From Eledone cirrhosa (Eukaryota), in assembly GCA_964016885.1 (NCBI GenBank), contig OZ024740.1:186868001-186932000 (forward strand): 64,000 nucleotides of DNA, read 5' to 3'. This document shows, in pieces, positions 52,968 through 64,000 of this stretch. Below the pieces are notes generated by a model. That model did not search any database. It was not told the origin of the DNA and worked only from the letters and a program-made list of their open reading frames with translations. The translations under genes and the position numbers were made by a program. The first letter of the stretch is position 1. Every line of letters begins with the position of its first letter.

Positions 52968-53504
52968 CTTTTACATTCATTGTTCAAATCATACTGAAGC
53001 CTTTCATTCTTCTGTGATTGATAAATTGCTGGCTGTGTGCCAATCCAAGGGGAATTTAAATAAATTCAACAGTGTGCTTTACTGTACTGTTTTCATCAAC
53101 CTTATAAGGTTGAAATTTAAAGACAACTTAGAAAGAATTATTATTATTAGTAGTAAATGCAGGTGACTAGCAAAACAATTAGAGCGTTGGACGCATGTTG
53201 TGTTTGTTCCGGCTCTGCTTTTCATTCTTCTGGGGTCAATAAAAATGAAATACCAGTCAAGTACTTGGGTCGATTTAATAAAGTTTCCCTTTCTCACATT
53301 GCTAACCATGTGCCAAAATTGTAAAGTATTATAGGGAATTCTTGCATAGGCAAATATGGCAAATTATAGGATAGGGTGTGACATGCAAAGTCAAGTTAAT
53401 CAGCCTCAGCATGATTGATATTTTATTTTATCAACTTTGGAAGCATAATGTCCAAAGCTGTCATTGGCATGTTTTGAACTCAGAACATAATAGGATGTAA
53501 CATA

Positions 53505-53722
53505 ATAATTGTTTCTACATTTGGCACAAGGCTAGCAATTTGCAGGGAAGGGGAAAGCCAAATAAATTGATCCCAGTGGATTACTGTACTTTATTTTATT
53601 GACCCTTAAGGTTGAAAGACAAAGCTAACTTTATTGGTATTTGAACTCAGAACATAAAGGGGCGTACCTTTATGCTGCAAAGCATGTTGTCCAATGCTCT
53701 ACTGATACTGCCAATACACCAT
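53505..53722 (-). mobile_element. SINE family A, older long subtype (further decayed copies at about 52215, 52480, 53165, 53340)
   Basis: Tail ttgtttctac..ggcacaaggctagcaatt and box B reverse complement tttgaactcag. Confidence 0.8.
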
Positions 53723-53726
53723 CTTC

Positions 53727-53774
<48 letters not shown>

Positions 53775-53898
53775 AATAATAGCAATCACCATTTTACATT
53801 CGCTTTCCATTCTCGCATGGGATATACTGGTTGACATGATTTGTGACTAGACATGTCCTTCTAATATATTCCATTGTGGCATGGCATGGTTTCTCTGG

Positions 53899-54098
53899 CT
53901 GGATGTCCTTCATAACACCAAATAAACCACAGTTTATCATGGCCGTGCTAGTGCCACAATAAAATACGTCCAGCCAAATCTGTAAAATGATAGTGCTGGT
54001 GCCATGATAAAATACACCCAGTACACACGGTGGTTTATTTGGTGTTATGAAGGACATCCAGGGGGTACTGGGTGTATTTTATCATAGCACTAGTATTA
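53899..54098. repeat. Interleaved inverted repeats A-B-A'-B' within a family C SINE
   Basis: A 53899-53930 and A' 54030-54061 are a perfect 32-bp pair. B 53991-54024 and B' 54065-54098 match at 30/34. Confidence 0.85.
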
Positions 54099-55366
54099 GG
54101 ATGATTGTTATGTTGTCAGTTGGGCAGAAAGAGTCAGTAAAGAGAGTATAGGAGGATCAATCCCTCATCTCTCCTGAACATATATTGGGTAAAACATTAC
54201 TTTGTCTTATTTTATTTGTCATCCTTTGCTCTTTATATATTTCTACCACATTATACCAGCTTTCTGAATCTTATCAGTCATTTATTATAAATATTTCTCT
54301 TTTGATTGTTTTTCTTCCCTTATAACAATTTTGGAGGGAAGTAATTGTGGTAGATGGTCCATGGGAAAATTCATTTAAATAAAAGGGTTCCTTGGTAATG
54401 AAAAAGTTGGGAACATATTATGTAGAGACTCTTCTCTACCTTATTGGCTCAATTTCTAACGTATATATTCAAAAGCATACCTCATGTTGCCAGCAATATA
54501 AATACAAGCATGTATGAATATGCATACACAGCATGCATGCATATATTTGTGCAAATATATATGTATGCGTAGAAGAGATATGTTCAGAATTCAATATTCA
54601 ATAGAAATGGTTGTTAATTTCAAACTATTGCTTATCAAGGTAACATTACTCTTTTGTAATTATATCTGGATATATCCCAGCAACTGGGAAGACTTCGATA
54701 TTCTGTTTCACTTCTTATACCACTATTTCCTCAGATAAAATTGTGGGTATTTTAACAAGGCTTAATTGTGTTATAATTCTTAGAAGTGTCATATTATATG
54801 AATAGTAATGCTGTGTGAGAATTACTTTGAAATGCAGCTAAATGAGAACTCATTAAAGCCTTAGCTTAGAAGTCAGTACAACACATTTACATATAATAGT
54901 TATCTATTCTCAGTGGTTTCCATATACAATTTATTAAAATTGTCTTGCTTCCAACTGATGGAGTCTCTATCTGTAATGCTTTGGTGGCAGATACTGCTTG
55001 CCAATCTTCAACTAACTTGCTTTCTAAATTCATCCATTCACTATTACAAGATCTTCCCACAAGATATCAAAACTCATACATGTAGTATTATTCATTTGAA
55101 AAGTCTTTGAAGCTTTTCTTTACGATACATCACTCATCAAACTCTTAATGAAGTGGCCATTTCTATATGAACCAATTATGATATGACATCTGTCGTGAAT
55201 ATTTAGAAAATACGAAGTGATTATTGTAAAGTACAATAGACAAAATCACACACACATATATACAATTCCCCCTCTCTCTCTCTCTCGTTATATATATATA
55301 TACATATATGTATATATTACATATACACACACACACACCCACACATACACGCATACATATATATAC

Positions 55367-55950
55367 GTGTGTGTGTGTTTGGATCTAGCTATATATATTC
55401 TGTTGAGAGCTTAATTCTTCTTGTGATATTTTGCAATTTTGCAATAACACACATACTGAATTCATCCGCCAAAACTAAGGGTTGCCCCCCTTGTCAAGCC
55501 CCACGTGGGTTTTGATAACGGTCAGTCCTTGGCTTGGCACTGAACTAAAAGCCTGTTGAGAAAGTGACTTCCTTGTTTGATCATCATACCAAAAGCTTAA
55601 CATTATTTGTCTAAGCAGACAGTACTTGATTTAGGAGTTGCAGAAACCCAATGCTGGATATTACCAACCTTCCAGGGGTCCGGGTATAATTTTCAATCAT
55701 ATTTTATTTGTTTGACCCAAATTACTTAGTCGTTTCTATGGCTGTGCGGATAATGGTTTAACCATCGTCTCAGTGTGTTTAGCCTTTTAACTTATGTTGT
55801 AGCTTTAGTTCCCTAGTTTCTATGGAGCGCTTGCCACACATCTTGGAAGTTGTTTTTCGCTAATTTCCAATAGCCGAAATACGATTCTCGCTAATTTATA
55901 TTTATACATATATATATATATATATAGCAAGATCCAAACACACACACACA
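55367..55950. mobile_element. Unclassified ~580-bp element with microsatellite-containing inverted termini
   Basis: (GT)n-TTGGATCTAGC-(TA)n on the left and (TA)n-GCAAGATCCAA-(AC)n on the right, around a CpG-retaining unique interior. Confidence 0.5.
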
Positions 55951-55959
55951 TATATATAT

Positions 55960-56030
<71 letters not shown>

Positions 56031-56377
56031 CATATACTGAAATAGGTTACTCAGAGAAAGAGAGAGTACAATAATAACTATGAAATGACATTTGCATGTA
56101 AATCTAGCTTATGTATCTGACCACTAACATACCACAAACTCTCTCACACATAAACATGGAACTCTCTATGTGGTCTCTTATTTTCTAGAAATTTCACCCA
56201 AATCTTTATCGTTCTCAAATCCCACCAAAACATCTTCAAGAAATGACATATTAGATGATTTATTCCACTTTCTTGTGTCTAGGAAAAATATGTATAAGAC
56301 TGCATATGGCTGGAATGCCTTTGATTATAGCTCTTCCCAATCTTGGGGTTAAAAACAACAAAACATATGAGATAATG

Positions 56378-56610
56378 TACTGAGTGTCCCTAAATTCTTG
56401 ACACAGACAGAATGCATATTTTCAATTTAAAAAAATCAACAATTTGTTTAATTGAAATATTAATAAATAACATCTTCAATGTGATTTCCAACATTTCTGA
56501 TGCAAATTTGATGTGCTTTGTGAGATTAACGTGAATGTGGGGCAAAAGAATTGTAGTTAGTTATACATAGTGATATTTCCTGTGTGTCCAGACTTTAGGG
56601 AAACCCTGGA
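56378..56610 (-). mobile_element. Internally deleted Tc1/mariner-superfamily element
   Basis: TIRs CTGAGTGTCCCTAAATTCTTGACACA and TGTGTCCAGACTTTAGGGAAACCCTG. The minus strand at 56465-56520 gives KAHQICIRNVGNHIEDVY, like the transposase C-terminal CI..GGHFE motif. Confidence 0.7.
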
Positions 56611-57463
56611 GTTCAGGAAGCACTCTGCCAGGAAAAAGAAAAAAGGATAGGATGATTAGAACTTAAACGCTTTTGATCATGTCTTCTTAATCCATGCTGA
56701 TGGATGGCTAATCAGCAACAATAGTGTAATTTGCTTTACACTAGATAGTTTCTGTAATTGTCAGAACACTATCAATTCCTATTTCGTGCATGTGTCTTTC
56801 CTTTTCTTAATATCCAAACTAAACAGTTTGCCTTCCAGAACTTCAACTCTTATCAGACAACAATCAAGCCTCTACTCCAGAGCTTTCAAAACTTTACTTT
56901 TCACTTAAAATTTTTTTTAATGACACATTAACTAAGTTTTGAGAGTGACACAAAATTAACTAAATCAATAAGATAATCAATTAAATATTATTTCACATGC
57001 TACTCGTTACATGTCAAATTGTGTACAGACTTGTCAGACCACAGCCAAATATTCATAAAAAATTGATCAGTTATTTAATGTTGTGATGCTCTTAGAGATT
57101 ATCAGTGACACAGTTTGAAAACCTCTGCTACATAGACACTTGACTTGCTAGAAAGATGCCACATCATATTAAAAAATTAAGCACCCTAGAGAATTTATTC
57201 AAAGATACACTGTGGGATACCGATGGCTGCAAACAGATGGGACACTGATGACTGAAATGCATTTGATCATAAATATACATAATCAGGACAGCGGTGGGGG
57301 CTAAACAAAAACATCCAAGAGAAGCCTCTATATTGTCATGCAATCCGCTAGAAATAGCAGCCAAATCTTATTCAAGTTACACTTCACTGTCTTAAAAATG
57401 AAGGAAACAGTGGATATAAAACTAAATGGGATGAACAGGAAGGGAATATTTTTTAATATAAGT

Positions 57464-57682
57464 GACCAGGAACTAAATAATTGTTTCTACTTTTGGCACA
57501 AGGCCAGCAATTACCCAGTGCATTACTGGTACTTTATTTTATCGACCCCGTAAGGATGAAAGGCAAAGTTAACCTCGGCGGGATTTGAACTCAGAATGGC
57601 AAGGGCCGTAACTCTATACGTCAAAGCATGGCGTCCGACCCTCTACCGATACTGCCAATCCACCGACCAGGAACTAAATAAT
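57464..57682 (-). mobile_element. Near-consensus SINE family A with 18-bp TSD
   Basis: TSD GACCAGGAACTAAATAAT at 57464-57481 and 57665-57682. CpGs are retained. Confidence 0.93.
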
Positions 57683-57864
57683 AATATTAGATAACTATTT
57701 CTTAGAGAAGAACAAATTTAAGGAGAAAGAAACAGTCAACATATATCAACCCTATTAACTACTTGATTGATGCTTTATATCATTGACCTCCGAAGTATTA
57801 AAGGCAAAATTAACCTTGGTCAGATTTAATCTCAGAACATAAAGTGTTGTAAATACCACAAGAC

Positions 57865-58035
57865 TGTAGTGTGGTTGGAGTTAGAAAGAGCATCCAGCCA
57901 CAGAAACCAAGCAAAAATTCAAATCCATAAGAACACAACATGTTCTCTGGGCTTGACATGTCTCATAATGTGACAACCCATCTAACCAATGCAAATATGG
58001 AAAATGGATGTTAAACGATAATGATGATGATGATT
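57865..58035 (+). mobile_element. RTE-tailed SINE (family C) 3' part
   Basis: gtggttggagttagaaagagcatccagccacagaaacc..catgc-like tail..gttaaacgataatgatgatgat. Similar relic at 59040-59150. Confidence 0.65.
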
Positions 58036-59248
58036 TTTTTAAGGTAACAAAATGACTACAGCAGAAATTGAACACATGATTTCTGAATCAGTAATTCAGT
58101 CCTATAACCTTCTAAAATCAAACTATAGTGAGATACTATTATGCAAAGTTTATTAGTTGATAGAATTTCTACAAAGTTATATGCTTAGGTGTATGTACTT
58201 CCATGAGAAACAAGATATGGCACTGTCTTAAATGAAAGAGTCTCCCAAGACAAGCATAAAAAATTAACTGATAGAGCATATAATTTGATGTGATGAATTG
58301 CTTTCTACTTCCCTCAACAGTTATCCATTGTCTAAATCATTTTCCTAGTATGGTATCATTGCTAACTACCATCAAATGCATTATTTCCATAAGTGCTACT
58401 AATTATTAGATATTTTATTCATGAATGTCACCAAATAAAACAACTGTTTTGAAATACACTCATATACACACATATTTATGCACTTGCATGTGCACTAGTG
58501 TGGTGCATACAATATATACATGCATGCATGTGCATTTACACCAATATATACATGAATGTGAATTTACAAAATAAATACACACAGGCATGTACACTTACAG
58601 ATACACACACACACTCTCTCTCTCTCTCACATACACACACATATATACACATCATACACATACAGCACACAACACACCTGATCTTCATGCTTTCATTCCT
58701 CACACTACAGAGATTCTTTTGCTATTCTCAACATGTAATTCATCAAAAGACTTGATAGAATTTGAAAGTCGTATTAATGAATCAATCCATATTTTAGATA
58801 ATTGGTTCCTTGGAGCAATAATGAGATATTCCAAGGCAAATTCTTTGTTTTGAACATCAGAAGCATACTGTTTCACATTTCAGGAACACATCAGAAAGAT
58901 TACTACATATTAATTTTAGCATAATCTGTGCATTCCATATCTTACTGCTTACCTTGCACAATATGAATATAATAATAGCAAAACAATTGATATTCTAAGG
59001 AAGTTTGAATCATTGTGTGTTCTAAGAAGCAAGACTTAAAGCACTGGCATCAAGAAGGGTATCAAGCTGTGAAACACTGCTCACAAAATCAAACCCAACC
59101 CATGCTGATATTAACCACCAAATGTAAAAATCATGATGATGATAATGATGAAGTTGCTACCTACTCTGCACCTACAAAAGACTACCTGTTGTAGATACAG
59201 TGTCAAATCTACTTGAAATAGCAGCTAAATTACACTAATATCACTCAC

Positions 59249-59669
59249 TACAGTGATACCTCGCAGTATGAGTTTAATTTGTTCCATAACTGAGTTCATT
59301 TTACGATTTACTTATTTTACAAATCTATTTTCCCCACTGAAATTAATTAAAATATAGTTAATCCCTTCCAGCCCACCAGACCCACCCAAAAATTATTTTT
59401 ATGGGTTTTAAAACAGAAAAAGTGCAGCTACAAGGAAAATCACAGTAGGGATGCTGCCACAACTAGATACACGCGTGAACTGATCGAGCAGAGGCTGCTC
59501 TTGTTGGGAGAGTGTGTGCGAGATCAGCGCTGACTAGTGGTAGCTTGCATGAAACTCACTTGCACTGCGGATTTCCACTCAAACTACTAGACAAAAATTC
59601 ACATGAGCCTCAGCTCATACAGCAAATTACTCATACAATGGGGCACTTGTACTATGTGGTTCTACTCTA
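59249..59669. mobile_element. pogo/Tigger-like non-autonomous DNA transposon
   Basis: TA-CAGTGATACCTCGCAGTATGAG left end and a decayed complementary right end cttgtactatgtggttctactc-TA. Confidence 0.55.
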
Positions 59670-60043
59670 TTAGGAAATATATTCGAGAATATAGACCAAG
59701 ATTTTTTTTAATAATCAACAAGATCCCAAACCTCATTGGCTTACTAAGGAGCTTGCCATATTAGACCAAGGAAACAAGGAAACATTGCTCTTTCCATTGC
59801 TGATACTATCTGTCATTCACAACTCCTGGCAGAAAGAGCAATGTGAAATAAAGTGACTTGCTCAAGGACATAACACCTCACCTGGTCCAGGAATTGAACT
59901 TGTAACCTCACAATTGCAAATCCATGCCACTGCACTAGATTTACTATAACTAAAATTGAAAAACCATACTATTCCTTAACTGGAACACATTTACATATAG
60001 GTCTGCTCAATCAAGGAAGTTCTGGGAAATAAGAAACAATAAC

Positions 60044-60081
60044 AACTACTACTACTACTACTACTACTACTACCACTACTA

Positions 60082-60129
<48 letters not shown>

Positions 60130-60182
60130 GTGCTGCTGCTGCTACTGCTGCTGCTGCTACTACAGCTAGAGCTGCTGCTGCT
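60044..60182. repeat. (CTA)n/(CTG)n trinucleotide array
   Basis: Seen directly. It explains the poly-Ser ORF 59991-60197. Confidence 0.95.
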
Positions 60183-62210
60183 TTCTGAGATTATCATCTG
60201 AGCTATGCAGATGAATGCAGGAGTTTATGAACAAGGTCACTTGACATGCAAGTATTAACAGTCAAATCTTGTTACAATCCCACTCTTACAACCTTAAAAA
60301 TAGATAATGATGAAATGATAAAGTAGATAATCATAAAAAAGATAATGAGGAGACATATATGAAGGGGGCAGATAAAAAAAGGGGCCTGAAATATGAAGAG
60401 CTTGATGTAAAATACAGGAATGGTAGTGTATAGTGGCTTTGGTTTTTCCTGAAATTGGGGAATAAATATAAAGGAAAGCAATTCCAGAATTGAACGATAT
60501 GGAGAAGGAAGATTGATGACACTGTGTGATTGATACAGAATAAAAGAATGGTTGGACAGAGAAGGTGTTATGTAAAGGATTAGATAGATGATTCCTCAAT
60601 GAGATAGGAGAAGAAAATTATGGTTGGTTCCAGTACTGTCTACAATAGATCCCCTGAGAAATGAGACATCATAAGACTGTAGCTAAATTCACATGGTCCT
60701 ACATGGCTAGCAGTAAACTTACATAGAACACAGTTATTAAAATAAGTAGCAATATTTTTGATATTTTTTGTTCATTTGTATTTATTGTTTTATTGTTGTA
60801 GATATGTAGATATTTAGTACTGTTTATAAAAAAAAAACCATATTACTAAAGGGAACAAAACAGAAAAAAGGAAATGAGTAGAAGAAAAAGAAAGAAGAAT
60901 CAAGCAATGAATGAAATGAAGGGAGGGGGGCGGGTGCAGTACAGACACTACACCTCAATCTTAGTGGTGCCTCAGTCATGCCACACAGAAAAAATGGCAA
61001 AGGTGTCACCTCGGAAAATGGGTAGAGACACCTACTGCAACAGCCACCCAACCTCATGAGGCTCCTTCCTCAAGCGGGATGTTTTTTTCTGATTTTACCA
61101 AGGAAATCAGCAGTGTGGTGACCAAGAACACCACAGGTCTCTACAGAGATTGGTAAATATACTGGACACAATTCAGACAAATATGCTCTTTCATTTTTAC
61201 ACCTTCCTTCCCAAATTGTGCCAAAGCTAGAAATCAGTATGATTACCTAAATTAAGCTTCAGCTACTGTAGCCTGCCTAGCAGGTATCCTTTCCAGTGGG
61301 ATGGTTTTTCTTCTTGACAAAACGAAATCAAGACAAGATTCTCAGTTAGAATAGATTATATGTTGTTTTATCCTTTATAACTGCTTCCAGGTAGTTGTAG
61401 ATTGAGTTAATATCTGCTGACATCTAAGGTCTTAGATTTGACAAACTACAAACAATCTACACCTGTCACTTCAAGATTGTTCTATATGATAAAAATGTTC
61501 TTTTTATATGTTGGAGGAGGAAATTAAAACAAAACATCAACAAGAAAAGTAAAAGAGAAAAGAAAATGTTGTTTTGTCAAAACTTACCTAAGGCAATAGT
61601 CATTCTCAGTTCAAAAGAGAGAGAAAGAGAAAATGGAAAAAAATATACATATAGAAAAATAGATAACCAAAAATGGAAATATTTCAGATTGTTTTGAAGA
61701 GACAATAAACATCGCCCAAAGAAATGAAATGGATACAAAGAATGTTTATTTATTTATTCATTCCTTTATTCATTTATTTCCATTTTAAAATATTTTTGGC
61801 ATGTTCATATGAAATGACGGAATAGAAGTTTAGGGTAAAACAGAAATAGTTGGCATGACTTATTCTTGTTATTTATTTCCAGTTCCCAAGTTAGCCCTGT
61901 TGTAAAGGACCTATAATTAAAAGCATTTACCCATGACAATTCCATCTCCTTCACCCTCCCACACCTCTCCGGCAATAAATATAGCTAGGACAAGTAGAGT
62001 TGAACAAATGCCTGACAGTAATGGCTCTAGATCTTTGCATTCTGAGTTCAAGACCTGCTAGTGTCAATTTGGCCTTTTACCCGCCCAGGGTTGGTAAATT
62101 CAAGTACTGGGGAGTCAATTATTCTCCCTTTCTCCACTTAGTTTCACAGAATTGAGAATAGTATACAGTGATAAGATTCATGGGAGACCACTCCCAATGT
62201 TCCTTTCCTC

Positions 62211-62246
62211 TTTCCTGATGAAGGACTAATGTCCAATACATAGAAG
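62211..62246 (+). ncRNA. Decayed minimal hammerhead motif
   Basis: TTTC-CTGATGA-AGGAC-TAAT-GTCC-AATACATA-GAAG. This is three substitutions from GAAACGTA, and the stem II resembles the 18120 copy. Confidence 0.4.
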
Positions 62247-62319
62247 CATTCTTTTTTTCTTTTCCCAGAAGTGTAAAACTAATAAGCCTTTGTGTAATTG
62301 TTTTCTGCATTTGTCATTT

Positions 62320-62353
<34 letters not shown>

Positions 62354-62381
62354 AGTGGGTGTGTATGTGGGTGTGTGTATA

Positions 62382-62462
62382 CATAGGATGCAGCAGAAAA
62401 ACTTCCCGCACTTTACATGATCAACTGTTAAAATGTGAGAGGTATTTTTGCTGCACCCTGTA
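62382..62462. mobile_element. Tc1/mariner-type MITE (~80 bp)
   Basis: TAGGATGCAGCAGAAAAACTTCCCGCA versus TGTGAGAGGTATTTTTGCTGCACCCTG-TA. Confidence 0.7.
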
Positions 62463-64000
62463 TATGTGTGAGCATGAGTGGGTGTATGTATGTGTATCCT
62501 TTCTTTTAAGATGATAGGGTGCTATCTGATGAAGATTTAGCTGCCATTTCTAGCAGGTCATATGACCATATTGAGTTTGCCCAAATTAGCTCACATTTGA
62601 TGGATTTGAATCAGCAGATGGCACCATTTCCTGTGAGATGACTGCAAGAAGAATTATTCACTTAGAATAAACAACTTTATCAATCTTGAGAAAATCTATT
62701 TATAAATTTGCTAAGGCAAGATTAGTAATTCTTTAGTTTAATTAAAATTTCTGCATGCTAGCGATTACAGAAGATATAAGGAAACAAAAGCAGGAAATCA
62801 GTTCTGGGAAAGAAGTGTGAAGAATTTTATATTTTTTTAATTTTTCATTATTTCTATTTTTGTTTTTCATGACAGTTAATGAAAGAAATATGAATCAACA
62901 CACAACCTGCTAGGAATAGCAGCTAAATTTTCTCAAATTATATTCATTGTAACATACAAGTGTTTTAAGGCCATTTTACCCGATTAAACAGGGTTTAGAA
63001 TTGTGGGAGGCATGGCAGGTTCCATACACATCATGAGGCAGTTTTTGAGACAATTTTTACAGCTAGATGCCCTTTTTGGTGCTAACCCTTTTAGTCACCT
63101 TCTACATCACACAGGTACCTATTCTAAATCAGATACACATAGTATATGTAAAAATATTTAATACACCATTAAGTATCACAAAATGCAATGTATATGGCAG
63201 GTTGTTTTCAATGATATGTTGTATGTATGTGTTACACACATATATAATTATACCTACTACTTATAATATAGAACTGTTTTCTATAATTCAGTATAATTTT
63301 TTATCTAAACAGTGATGGTCATCTCCCCTGTTAAATAACATGGCTAATACTATATCTAATAAACACTGACAACCATTTTAAAACATTAAAAGAAAAGACA
63401 TATATAATGCAGTCCAAGACACCCCTGACAAGATAAGTTATGACCTCAGAAGTGATACAACTAAAGAACATATTAATAAAAAAGACCACTTTAAAGAGTG
63501 CATTTCTAGTAATATACAAAAAAGTATATTAATAGAAATCCCATACATTATAAAATAAGTAATGCGGGTTGGGGTCTCAATATGTAAACTAGATGACTAA
63601 TTCTCGTTTTTAAAAAAAATCAATGGAGACAACCTAGAAAAATTACAAATTTTCCACCCCAACCCTCTTCCTACATATTCCTTCACACTTATTCCAACTC
63701 CCTCGCTTACCCCCCCCCCCCACTTATTTCCCCACACACACTTATTCCAACCCCCTATTATTTGGGATCTGTGAGTAGTCCTAGATTCCTTATTAATATA
63801 TACAACAAAAATATGTCTAACCCATGCCAGCATGGAAAGTGGATGTAAAATTATGGCAATGCTGTTGAATGCATCATAGCTGGAATGCCTTTAGTCATAG
63901 TTGTAATCAATCAAGGCTGACCTGAGGTTAAATTTGAACAACTAGTGAGATACATAGGATCAATTAGTTGATTTCTGTGAGTAGAATTAGCCAATAATGG

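Noticed and set aside
59991-60197. Poly-serine ORF
   Set aside because: It is a translation of the (CTA)n/(CTG)n array.
60250-60740. Purine-rich stretch possibly from another R4 LINE
   Set aside because: It is too decayed. Only a faint RHHKTVAK resemblance is visible, which is not enough to call.

Overview
This is an AT-rich eukaryotic window packed with microsatellites: (TA)n, (CA)n, (AAT)n and (CAT)n. Its repeat content (tRNA-headed SINEs, RTE and R4/Dong LINE relics, Tc1/mariner and pogo-type MITEs) fits a coleoid cephalopod, probably an octopus. That assignment is inferred from repeat style, not from a database match. No intact protein-coding gene is present, and nearly all listed ORFs are microsatellite or transposon artefacts. 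The window looks like one or more large introns, with a few weak + strand exon candidates (476-566, 621-679, 2668-2710, 34140-34237); the one at 2668-2710 is followed by a dense cluster of splicing-regulator motifs. The most notable signal is a set of type I hammerhead ribozyme motifs. One has an intact catalytic core, a palindromic stem III and an unusually large (80 nt) structured loop II (10328-10450, minus strand), and sits next to a probable Penelope-like relic. A second large-loop family is present in three complementary-damaged copies (6909-7000, 7288-7360, 27273-27361), and two decayed minimal hammerheads occur at 18120 and 62211. Other points of interest are a near-perfect ~340 bp fold-back within a cluster of four inverted-repeat elements (27.4-28.7 kb), RTE LINEs with a PHD finger inserted inside the RT region, and a young SINE whose five visible target-site duplications all begin with ATTAT.
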